DNA of 15,235 nucleotides from Chthoniobacteraceae bacterium. GTDB taxonomy: Bacteria > Verrucomicrobiota > Verrucomicrobiia > Chthoniobacterales > Chthoniobacteraceae. Within the stretch, counting starts at the first letter, position 1. The number at the start of each line of letters is the position of its first letter. The notes under the pieces were generated by a model. The model ran no database searches and was not told the DNA's origin. It worked only from the letters and a program-made list of their open reading frames with translations. This document shows, piece after piece, positions 7,769-15,235 of this stretch. The DNA lies in NCBI GenBank assembly GCA_031409335.1, contig JANNWY010000075.1, positions 1-15,235 on the forward strand, given 5' to 3'. Made by a program: the position numbers and the translations under genes.

Positions 7769-8257
7769 CTAAAGTCCCGGCGGATGGCGGGCGACGAATT
7801 TTGAGAGATCGCGGCCATTTGGCCGCCAGCGCGGGCCTTCGCCTTCAGTGCGACCGGTCGTGTCGAGCCGCAGTCCCGCGACGATCGCGAAGGTGTGGCC
7901 GGAGCGGGCATAGACGGTGATCCAGCGGCCGGGTCCGGGCTCGCCCCAATTGAGCAAACCTTTCGACGGCGACGGTGTCGCGAGCGCGCCCGCGTGGTGC
8001 AGGAGGAACGACACGGTGCCCGAGCAATCGTAACCCACGTCGAAGAACGTCGAGTGGCCGCCGCCCCAGCGGTAGGGTTTTCTGATGATCGTGTTCACGG
8101 CCCAGATCGCCTGTTTCACGGCGAGCGGGGCGTTGGCAGGAGCGTGCGCGATTTCACCGCGGAGCACCGCGATGTCGCCGGGGACGGTGGGATTTGCCGC
8201 GCGCCCCTCGCGGGAAAAGAGGACGATGCAAAGAAGCAGGAGAGGAGGGCATCGCAT
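7769..8257 (-). CDS. NlpC/P60-family peptidoglycan endopeptidase, secreted
   Basis: Contains KPYRWGGGH, GYDCSGTVSFLL (catalytic Cys) and SGHTFAIV (catalytic His). The ATG at 8257 (MRCPPLLLLCIVLFSREGRA) gives a signal-peptide-like N-terminus, so I prefer it to the GTG at 8290. Confidence 0.85.
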   Translation of the reverse strand: MRCPPLLLLCIVLFSREGRAANPTVPGDIAVLRGEIAHAPANAPLAVKQAIWAVNTIIRKPYRWGGGHSTFFDVGYDCSGTVSFLLHHAGALATPSPSKGLLNWGEPGPGRWITVYARSGHTFAIVAGLRLDTTGRTEGEGPRWRPNGRDLSKFVARHPPGL

Positions 8258-8345
8258 GAGGCGCGGGAGGCGCGCAGAACTACGCGCCACGCGAATTTAG
8301 GCAATGCAAAACGTCCGCTGTTCTGAAAATGATGCGTGCTCACAC

Positions 8346-9170
8346 ATGAGCGACCTTTTCTCCACCAGCATCACCCAGTTCGATCTGCATCTGGGCGATT
8401 GCCTCGCCGGGATGCGCAAGCTCGAAGCCGGGTCGGTCGATGTCGTGGTCACTTCGCCGCCATACAATCTCGACATCGCCTACTCGAAGTATCGTGACAA
8501 TGTCCCGCGCGAAGCCTACCTCGACTGGTGTCACGCGTGGGCGGAGGAAATCCTGCGCGTCTTGAAACCGGACGGTTCGTTTTTCCTGAACGTCGGCGCG
8601 TCGCCCGCAAACCCGCTGCTGCCGCACGAACTCGTCATCAAATTGCAGCCGCTCTTCCGACTTCAGAACACGCTGCACTGGATTAAATCCATCACCGTTC
8701 ACCCGCGCCAGGGCCCGCCGGTCAGCGTCGGGCATTTCAAGCCGATCAACTCAAAACGCTTCATCACCGACTGTCACGAATACATTTTTCACCTCACAAA
8801 GACCGGCGATGTCCCGCTCGATCGGATCGCCGTCGGCGTGGAGTATTCCGACAAGAGTAACATCGCGCGATGGGGCCATACCGGCGGGCAGGATCGCCGC
8901 TGCCGTGGCAATAACTGGTTCATCCCATACGCGACCATCAACAGCCGCGACAAAGACCGCCCGCATCCGGCGACCTTTCCCACGCAACTCGCCGAGTGGT
9001 GCATCCGGCTGCATGGCATCCAGCCCGGCATGGTGGTGCTCGACCCTTTTCTCGGCATCGGTCACAGCGCGAGCGGAGCGCAGACTTGCGGGGTGGAAAA
9101 GTTCATCGGTTTTGAGATCGACGCCGATTACTTCGCACAGGCGCAGGAGCGGCTGGAACTAAACTCGTGA
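8346..9170 (+). CDS. Site-specific DNA methyltransferase, beta class (N6_N4_Mtase), orphan; SPPY suggests N4-cytosine
   Basis: The GDCL start motif, catalytic motif IV VVTSPPY, HPATFP, SAM-binding VLDPFLGIG and IGFEID occur in beta order. The ATG at 8346 (MSDLF) is preferred to 8304. Confidence 0.92.
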   Translation: MSDLFSTSITQFDLHLGDCLAGMRKLEAGSVDVVVTSPPYNLDIAYSKYRDNVPREAYLDWCHAWAEEILRVLKPDGSFFLNVGASPANPLLPHELVIKLQPLFRLQNTLHWIKSITVHPRQGPPVSVGHFKPINSKRFITDCHEYIFHLTKTGDVPLDRIAVGVEYSDKSNIARWGHTGGQDRRCRGNNWFIPYATINSRDKDRPHPATFPTQLAEWCIRLHGIQPGMVVLDPFLGIGHSASGAQTCGVEKFIGFEIDADYFAQAQERLELNS

Positions 9171-10117
9171 TCGCCTTCATTCTCCGGCGCTTCGCCTCCC
9201 TGCTCGGCGTTCTCTTCTGCGTCATCACCATCACGTTCTTCCTCGTCCGCATCGCGCCCGGCGGACCTTTCGTGAAAGAGCGCAGCATTCCGCCCGCGAT
9301 CGAGCAGCAGCTCAAGCAGCGGTTCAATCTCGATGGCTCGCTCTGGGAGCAATACACGACCTATCTCGGCGTCCGCCGCAACGCGACCGGCCAATACAGT
9401 GGCCTCCTGCAAGGCGACCTCCAGCCTTCCCTGAAGTACCGCGACCGCACCGTGCGCGAGATTCTCGCCGACAGCCTGCCCATATCGATTACCCTTGGCC
9501 TAGTCGCATTCATCATCGCGACGTCCGCCGGCATCTGGCTCGGCAGCCTCGCCGCCGTGCGCCATCACACACCCATCGACACCGGGGCAATGCTCGGTGC
9601 GCTTACCCTCATTAGCATTCCCACATTCGTCACCGGCCCGGTCCTTATCCTTTTCTTTGCGCTAAAGCTCGACTGGTTCCCGGTCGGTGGCTGGGTGAGT
9701 TGGAAAAATATCGTCCTTCCCGCCATCACCCTCGCCGGTCCCTACATCGCCTACATCGCGAGACTCATGCGGACGAGTATGCTCGAAGTGCTTCAGCAGG
9801 ACTTCATGCGCACCGCCCGCGCGAAAGGTCTCTCCGACACCCAGACCATCTACAAGCACGGCCTTAAAGTCGCCATCCTTCCCGTGGTGAGTTACATGGG
9901 TCCGCTCGGTGCCGCGCTGCTCACCGGGTCGCTGGTCGTCGAAACCATCTTCAACATTCCCGGTGCCGGCCCGTTCTTCATCAACTCCATCCTGAACAAT
10001 GATGTCTTTCTGCTTGTAGGCGTCGTCATCGTCGATTGCTCCATCCTCGTGGTTCTCAATCTCTTTGTGGATGTCGCCTACACGATGCTGGACCGCCGTA
10101 TCAAACTCTATGAGTAG
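9167..10117 (+). CDS. oppB: Oligopeptide/dipeptide ABC transporter permease, OppB-like
   Basis: FILRR N-terminus, APGGPF, QYTTYL...LLQGDLQPSLKY, EAA-type loop FMRTARAKGLS...KHGLK, LLTGSLVVETIFNIPGAG and LDRRI C-terminus. The GTG start overlaps the methyltransferase stop (GTGA). Confidence 0.93.
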   Translation: MIAFILRRFASLLGVLFCVITITFFLVRIAPGGPFVKERSIPPAIEQQLKQRFNLDGSLWEQYTTYLGVRRNATGQYSGLLQGDLQPSLKYRDRTVREILADSLPISITLGLVAFIIATSAGIWLGSLAAVRHHTPIDTGAMLGALTLISIPTFVTGPVLILFFALKLDWFPVGGWVSWKNIVLPAITLAGPYIAYIARLMRTSMLEVLQQDFMRTARAKGLSDTQTIYKHGLKVAILPVVSYMGPLGAALLTGSLVVETIFNIPGAGPFFINSILNNDVFLLVGVVIVDCSILVVLNLFVDVAYTMLDRRIKLYE

Positions 10118-11021
10118 CCCGGTCGCCACACCACCCGGCGCATGGCGGAGGCTGCGCCGGAACCCGGTCGCCATCGTTTCGATCGTCATCCTGGCGACGG
10201 TGTTTGGCTTCGCGATCTTCGGGCTGCACATCTTCGATCTCGACCCTCACGCCACTTCGTCCGCGCAATACGCGCCGCCCAGCCGCGAGCACCCATTCGG
10301 CACTGATGTGAACGGACGCGATGCCTTCGCCCGGGTCATGGAAGGCGCGCGCATCTCGCTGATTGTAGGATTCTCCGGCGCCATCATCGCCCTCTTTGTC
10401 GGGACCACCTATGGCATGGTCTCAGGCTATGTGGGTGGGCGCACCGATGCGCTGATGATGCGTTTTGTGGAAATCCTCTACACCATCCCGCGACTCATCA
10501 TCATCATCCTCGTCACCTTTATCTTCGACCGCCATTTCAAGACATGGCTCAACGAGGTCGGACTATCCGGCCTGGTGGGTTACTCGAAAATCATCATCCT
10601 CATCGTCAGCCTCGGCCTGATCGAATGGCTGACCATGGCGCGCATCGTCCGCGGGCAGGTGCTGGCGCTGAAGTCCCAGCAATTCGTCCTCGCCGCGCGC
10701 TCGCTCGGGCAAAGCCACACCCGCATCATCCTTCGTCACCTGCTTCCGAACCTGCTCGGCATCGTCATCATTTACCTCACCCTCACCATCCCCGCGGTCA
10801 TCCTCGATGAAAGCTTCCTGAGCTTCCTGGGTCTGGGTGTGCAAGCTCCCCAGGCTAGCTGGGGCAGCCTGCTGAGCGAGGGTGCGCAAGTCATCAATCC
10901 CGTGAAGAGTTATTGGTGGCTGCTGTTATTCCCCGCGCTAGTCATGTCCATGACCCTGCTCGCGCTCAACTTCCTGGGCGACGCCCTCCGCGACGCCCTC
11001 GATCCGCGAGCCAAGCGGTAG
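10110..11021 (+). CDS. oppC: Oligopeptide/dipeptide ABC transporter permease, OppC-like
   Basis: WRRLRRNPVA, HPFGTDVNGRD, EAA loop FVLAARSLGQS...RHLLPN, ESFLSFLGLG, SWGSLL and NFLGDALRDALDPR. The ATG at 10110 overlaps the end of oppB by 8 nt. Confidence 0.93.
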   Translation: MSSPVATPPGAWRRLRRNPVAIVSIVILATVFGFAIFGLHIFDLDPHATSSAQYAPPSREHPFGTDVNGRDAFARVMEGARISLIVGFSGAIIALFVGTTYGMVSGYVGGRTDALMMRFVEILYTIPRLIIIILVTFIFDRHFKTWLNEVGLSGLVGYSKIIILIVSLGLIEWLTMARIVRGQVLALKSQQFVLAARSLGQSHTRIILRHLLPNLLGIVIIYLTLTIPAVILDESFLSFLGLGVQAPQASWGSLLSEGAQVINPVKSYWWLLLFPALVMSMTLLALNFLGDALRDALDPRAKR

Positions 11022-11024
11022 CCG

Positions 11025-12824
11025 GTGGATGGCACCGCATCCATCGCACCAATGCCCATCTACCGCCGCGCGCTGGCTTACTACCGACCCTTCCTCGGGC
11101 AGACGATCGTGGCGGTGCTGCTCACGCTGATCTCGATCCTGCTCGGCCTCGTGCGGCCTTGGCCTTTTGCCTACATCGTGAAAAACGTGCTGCCGCTTTC
11201 GGGGCAAAATCTGCACCAACTCGCGGTGCTCGGCTATGACGTGAGCGGGTGGAGCCTTGCCTCGGTGGTGATGCTGATGTGCGCGATGATGGTCACTTTC
11301 CACATCGTCTCCGGTCTGCTCGGGCTCTACACCGGCATCCTGTTTCTGCGCGTCGGATTGCAGTCGCTGCTCCGGCTGCGCACCGAGCTTTACGCGTGCC
11401 TGCATTCGCTCCCGCTCAAGTTTCACGATCAACGCAGGAGCGCGGATTCCAGCTTTCGCGTCGCGTACGATTCGCAGTCGATCCAGGCGTTTTACAGCAA
11501 GGCCGTGTTCATTTTCCAATCGTGCTTTTCCATCGTCAGCACCTTCCTGCTCATGTGGAAACTCGACGCGCAGCTCACGTATCTTTCGCTCGGGGTGATC
11601 CCATTCATGGTCGTGGTGATGCGCCGTTACGCGCACCGCATCCGTGTGGAATCCACGACGATCGCGGAGCGCGAAAGCGCGGTGCTGACCGTCGCGCAGG
11701 AAGGGCTCAGCTCGATCAAGATGGTGCAGGCGTTCGGGCGCGAGGAGTTTGAAGTGGCGCAGTTCCGCAGCAGCGCCACGCAGAGTCTGGAGGCAAATCT
11801 GCGGCTGAATTTTGTCTCGATGAAAAGCGCGCTCATCATCAGCACGCTCATCGCCTTCAGCACCGCGGCGATGTACTACGTCGGCTCGCGCCACGTGCTC
11901 GATGGGACGCTCGCGCTCGGCGACCTGTTCTGGATTTCCGCGCTGCTGATGATGCTCTACCAGCCGCTCGAAGCGCTGACCCATGTCGCCTGGGCGCTCG
12001 AAGGCGCGGCGGCTGGCGCGCAGCGTTGCTTCGAGGTGCTCGACCGCGCGGACGACGTGCCGGATGCGCCCGATGCAAAGGCGCTCACGACCTGCCGCGG
12101 CGAGATCGTTTTTGAAGACGTGAGCTTCGGCTACACGAACGATCGCGCGATTCTGAGCGGCGTAAATCTGCGCATCGAGCCGGGTGAAACGATCGCTTTC
12201 GTCGGCGGCACGGGCGCGGGAAAATCCACGCTGATGAGCCTCGTCCCGCGCTTCTACGATCCGATCGCCGGTCGCGTGCTGATCGACGGTCAGGACATCC
12301 GTAGCATCACGAAAAAATCGCTCCGCAACCAGATGAGCATCGTGCTCCAGGACACGCTGCTTTTCTCCACGACCATCCGCGAAAACATCGCGTATGGCCG
12401 CCCGGATGCGACCGAGGAGGAAATCATCGAAGCCGCGAAACGCGCGCAGGCGCACGACTTCATCATGGCCCAGCCCGATGGCTATCGTTCGCAAGTCGGC
12501 GAGCGCGGTGGCCATCTCAGCGTCGGCCAGCGGCAGCGCATCGGCATCGCGCGCGCCTTCTTGAAAAACGCGCCCGTCCTGCTCCTCGACGAGCCGACGA
12601 GCGCGCTCGATCCCACCACCGAAGCCTCAATCATGGCCACGATCGAAGAACTGATGCGCGGCCGCACCACGCTCATCATCACGCACCGCATCGCCACGAT
12701 TCACGAGGTCGGTATAATCGTGGTGCTCGGGAATGGCGGGATCGTGGAAGTGGGGAAAGGCCCCGAGCTGGTCGCGCGCGGCGGCGAATACGCGGAGCTA
12801 TACCATTCCGCAAATCTGGGCTGA
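11025..12824 (+). CDS. ABC exporter, fused permease/ATP-binding (MsbA/ABCB-like half transporter)
   Basis: N-terminal transmembrane domain, Walker A GGTGAGKST, Q-loop IVLQD, signature LSVGQRQR, Walker B LLLDEPTSALD and H-loop ITHR. The start is either GTG 11025 or ATG 11052. Confidence 0.95.
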   Translation: MDGTASIAPMPIYRRALAYYRPFLGQTIVAVLLTLISILLGLVRPWPFAYIVKNVLPLSGQNLHQLAVLGYDVSGWSLASVVMLMCAMMVTFHIVSGLLGLYTGILFLRVGLQSLLRLRTELYACLHSLPLKFHDQRRSADSSFRVAYDSQSIQAFYSKAVFIFQSCFSIVSTFLLMWKLDAQLTYLSLGVIPFMVVVMRRYAHRIRVESTTIAERESAVLTVAQEGLSSIKMVQAFGREEFEVAQFRSSATQSLEANLRLNFVSMKSALIISTLIAFSTAAMYYVGSRHVLDGTLALGDLFWISALLMMLYQPLEALTHVAWALEGAAAGAQRCFEVLDRADDVPDAPDAKALTTCRGEIVFEDVSFGYTNDRAILSGVNLRIEPGETIAFVGGTGAGKSTLMSLVPRFYDPIAGRVLIDGQDIRSITKKSLRNQMSIVLQDTLLFSTTIRENIAYGRPDATEEEIIEAAKRAQAHDFIMAQPDGYRSQVGERGGHLSVGQRQRIGIARAFLKNAPVLLLDEPTSALDPTTEASIMATIEELMRGRTTLIITHRIATIHEVGIIVVLGNGGIVEVGKGPELVARGGEYAELYHSANLG

Positions 12825-12946
12825 TAGATCGCAACACCACCCGTTTTCGCGGGCGATGCGAACGCCGACACGCTTTCGTTTCTTGGCGTGAACTTCCCGA
12901 TTCACGGACCCGACTCCGCTCGAACGCAGATCGAACACGCAAAAGC

Positions 12947-14869
12947 TCAGGAAGGTGTAAGATTGAGTTCCGCTTCCGGCGGTGCGGATTTGGCAGCTTC
13001 AAATACCTTTTTTGCAAATTCACTGTTCTTCAGGGCTGCGTCTTCGTCTTTGCCATTCGTTTCGACAAATGCCTTCAGCTCCTTTTCGAAGATGCTTACA
13101 GCTTGCGAAAATCCCAACTCAACGCGCTTCCGAAGCTCCGACAGAAGGGACTCTGCAATCTTTGCGGTTGGAGATTCGTCGGCGGCTGCCTTGATTGCTT
13201 TCTCAAGCTCAGCTTGGTAGCGAGCATGGATGATCCCGGCCAAGTAGAACCCCGCTTTACGCAACGCCCCCTTCCTAGATGCTGATGAAACAGCTGTGAC
13301 CTTTTCTCTACAGCCATGGACGAGAACATGAGCAGCGATGAACTGCAAAGCACGTTCTCGGCTCTGAAGTTCCGAATTGGAATCTAAAACGCCATCGGTG
13401 GTAAGTTGCAGCGCGAAGACTCGTGCATAATCGCTGTCTTCGTCATTTCGTCGAAAGAATTCGCGGCGACTTAGGCTATTCCGCAACTTGGATGCATGTT
13501 TGTCAAAAACACCTAGATAAGCCAAAGCCGCATCCTCTTTGGTTAGAACGAGTAGGAAATTCTTCGCGGAAAGCTTTTCTCCCTCCTTCCGCTCGTAACC
13601 AATGTTGTAGAGCCTGAATAACTCCTGAAGCGCTCTTTGAACTGGGTCATTCGCCACTTGGTCCTCAGGGCGAATCGCGTTTTGTGAATTCGTGGCGAGG
13701 ATGAGCGCGTCCGTGAATGCCTTGTTTGCTGGGTCAATCTCGTAAATGCGAACCAGCACGTTGGAGTTACCCTGAAACTTGTCCCTCAGTTCCGGGTCAT
13801 GTTTAGCGTGATAAAGTGCATTTACGGTCTGGCAGCCGTTGATGATTTGCATGTTCGCGAGTTGCACCGGAACCTTCTTGCCAGCGGGTGGCAGGTTAAG
13901 ATGCACCCTGTCGGCAATGATGCTGACGCCGTTGTTCATGAACCCAAACCAACTGCTATGGTCGCTGGTCACTGTAGCCGTGATGCGTTTGTTGACGTCC
14001 TTCCCGGCCCCAAGAAAGAATCGAACATTTTTTTCGAATAGCTCGTTGTTGCTGTAACGGTCAACCAGTCTGGTCAGTTGATTTACATTCACGAAGCCCA
14101 CGATCGCTTTGAGCGGCATCCCATTGGGATTCGTTCCAATTGGATGGTGCAGGACAGAGGTATCCTTGAATTCGTAATTCAACTCTAGGACTTCATCCTG
14201 AATTGGAATTCGCCCGTGCTCGCAAAGGTCGTAAATGTCCATACCAGCATAGGCCTCGAAGGTGAAGCCATTCGTTTGTCGGTCGAAACGATAGACCTCT
14301 CGCATCTCGTCCACTTTAGGACGATCAGTTGGTGCCAAGCGTTGCCCATTCGTCACGAAGTGGCAACGAATACGAGACTTCAATCGCTTGTTGGCGCTCC
14401 GCGCCTCGTCAAATGCCTTTCGTACTTCGGCGTAGGCGGCGAGAGTTTTCTCATCCTCCAAATCACCGCGCAGAAACACGCGATGCATCCGGTCCACGAA
14501 GCTGTAAAGTTCCTTGGTCGAAATTCCACCTTGGATATACGTTTTCGAGAACTTGAACTGGAAGAGGTGAAGATGAAGTTCGTCGCCCTGTTCTTGAATC
14601 AGATAAGCGTCAAGCAGTTCTTCCTCTTTTCCTGTTCGGTGTGTGTCCACGCAAACGAACTTTTCGAAAAGCTCATCGTCGTAGAGGTAAGTGATTTTCT
14701 GCGCTGCCACATACTCATACAGCCGCTCGTAGTCGTCGGATTTGATTTTCCAACTGAGATTCCGCTCGGCCAAGAGCTGCATTCGAGCCTCTAATGCCGC
14801 AATCTGCTCTGGAGTGAGTTTGTCCGGATGCGCTTTCCGAGCTTTGGATGATGCGGATTTTGTGGGCAT
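12947..14869 (-). CDS. AIPR family (abortive infection phage resistance) protein with an N-terminal restriction-endonuclease-like domain
   Basis: AIPR core motifs LFEKNVRFFLG, FGFMNNGVSII, QIINGCQT, VLVRI, ATNSQNAI and YERKEGE. The N-terminus has LLDAY...LFQFK (D...QxK). The start is ATG 14869 or GTG 14902. GC is lower than in the flanking genes. Confidence 0.9.
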   Translation of the reverse strand: MPTKSASSKARKAHPDKLTPEQIAALEARMQLLAERNLSWKIKSDDYERLYEYVAAQKITYLYDDELFEKFVCVDTHRTGKEEELLDAYLIQEQGDELHLHLFQFKFSKTYIQGGISTKELYSFVDRMHRVFLRGDLEDEKTLAAYAEVRKAFDEARSANKRLKSRIRCHFVTNGQRLAPTDRPKVDEMREVYRFDRQTNGFTFEAYAGMDIYDLCEHGRIPIQDEVLELNYEFKDTSVLHHPIGTNPNGMPLKAIVGFVNVNQLTRLVDRYSNNELFEKNVRFFLGAGKDVNKRITATVTSDHSSWFGFMNNGVSIIADRVHLNLPPAGKKVPVQLANMQIINGCQTVNALYHAKHDPELRDKFQGNSNVLVRIYEIDPANKAFTDALILATNSQNAIRPEDQVANDPVQRALQELFRLYNIGYERKEGEKLSAKNFLLVLTKEDAALAYLGVFDKHASKLRNSLSRREFFRRNDEDSDYARVFALQLTTDGVLDSNSELQSRERALQFIAAHVLVHGCREKVTAVSSASRKGALRKAGFYLAGIIHARYQAELEKAIKAAADESPTAKIAESLLSELRKRVELGFSQAVSIFEKELKAFVETNGKDEDAALKNSEFAKKVFEAAKSAPPEAELNLTPS

Positions 14870-15095
14870 AGATTTTGCGGAGTCAGTCTGCGAAACGCGC
14901 ACTCCGTAGTCCAGTCCTCACACCATTCGATCCGGCATCATTTGAGCGACGGCCATCAATGCTCGTGACTCTGAGGCCCGCTGCAAATCGCATGCACGAC
15001 CTCGTCGAGGAACGGGCATCCATTACCATCAGATGACAGCGCACGGCGAAGCGATCTCCGTGGGCGGGGCCACGCGATCCAATCGAAGGGCAGTC

Positions 15096-15235
15096 TGAGG
15101 TGGACCCCGAAAATCGGGCCAGAGGTTAAGCTATAAAATGGCGGTGGGAGCGCGTGTAAAAACGCAGCATAAAACCACCGAAAATGAAGAGCAAACGCAA
15201 GCGGCATGAAGCCGCATTCAAAGCCCGGGTCGCCC
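15096..15235 (+). mobile_element. Left end of an IS3-family insertion sequence (IRL plus start of OrfA), truncated by the window edge
   Basis: Begins 5'-TG (TGAGGTGGACCCCGAAAATCGGGCCA), resembling IS3-family left inverted repeats. An A-rich leader follows, then an ORF starting MKSKRKRHEAAFKARVA. Confidence 0.75.
15184..15235 (+). CDS. IS3-family transposase OrfA (HTH_Tnp_1), N-terminal fragment
   Basis: ATG at 15184 gives MKSKRKRHEAAFKARVA, matching the typical KR(K/R)xxxxFKAxVAL N-terminus of IS3 OrfA. It is too short to appear in the ORF track. Confidence 0.8.
   Translation, partial: MKSKRKRHEAAFKARVA

Noticed and set aside
10938..12515. 525-aa minus-strand ORF
   Set aside because: It is the antisense shadow of the ABC exporter.
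12825..12946. Short hairpins between the exporter and AIPR (possible terminator, att site or ncRNA)
   Set aside because: The stems are only 4-6 bp, with no tRNA-like fold and no direct repeat matching the other side of the AIPR gene.
8346..14902. Methyltransferase and AIPR as one restriction-modification-like system
   Set aside because: They are separated by about 3.8 kb of transporter genes, lie on opposite strands and differ in base composition. A functional link in trans cannot be excluded, but nothing here supports it.
14956..15207. 83-aa minus-strand ORF upstream of AIPR
   Set aside because: It crosses the IS boundary, overlaps OrfA antisense and has no recognisable motif.
1..15235. 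CRISPR array, tRNA or rRNA
   Set aside because: I saw no regularly spaced repeats or conserved RNA signatures, and all intergenic gaps are short.

Overview
High-GC bacterial DNA; the gene content is typical of Verrucomicrobiota/Planctomycetota (inference). From left to right: (1) a signalling locus made of a 5'-truncated multi-pass membrane protein, an ECF sigma factor and a multidomain Hanks-type Ser/Thr kinase. The sigma and kinase genes are both preceded by the same GTAAC-N15-CGTAT motif, and the truncated protein shares an extracytoplasmic segment with the kinase. (2) A secreted helical-repeat/CBM-like protein and a convergent NlpC/P60 hydrolase. (3) An apparent operon in which an orphan beta-class DNA methyltransferase overlaps oppB-oppC-like permeases and is followed by an ABC exporter. 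(4) A lower-GC, stand-alone AIPR-family defence-associated gene. (5) The left end of an IS3-family element at the window edge. I saw no RNA genes or CRISPR arrays.
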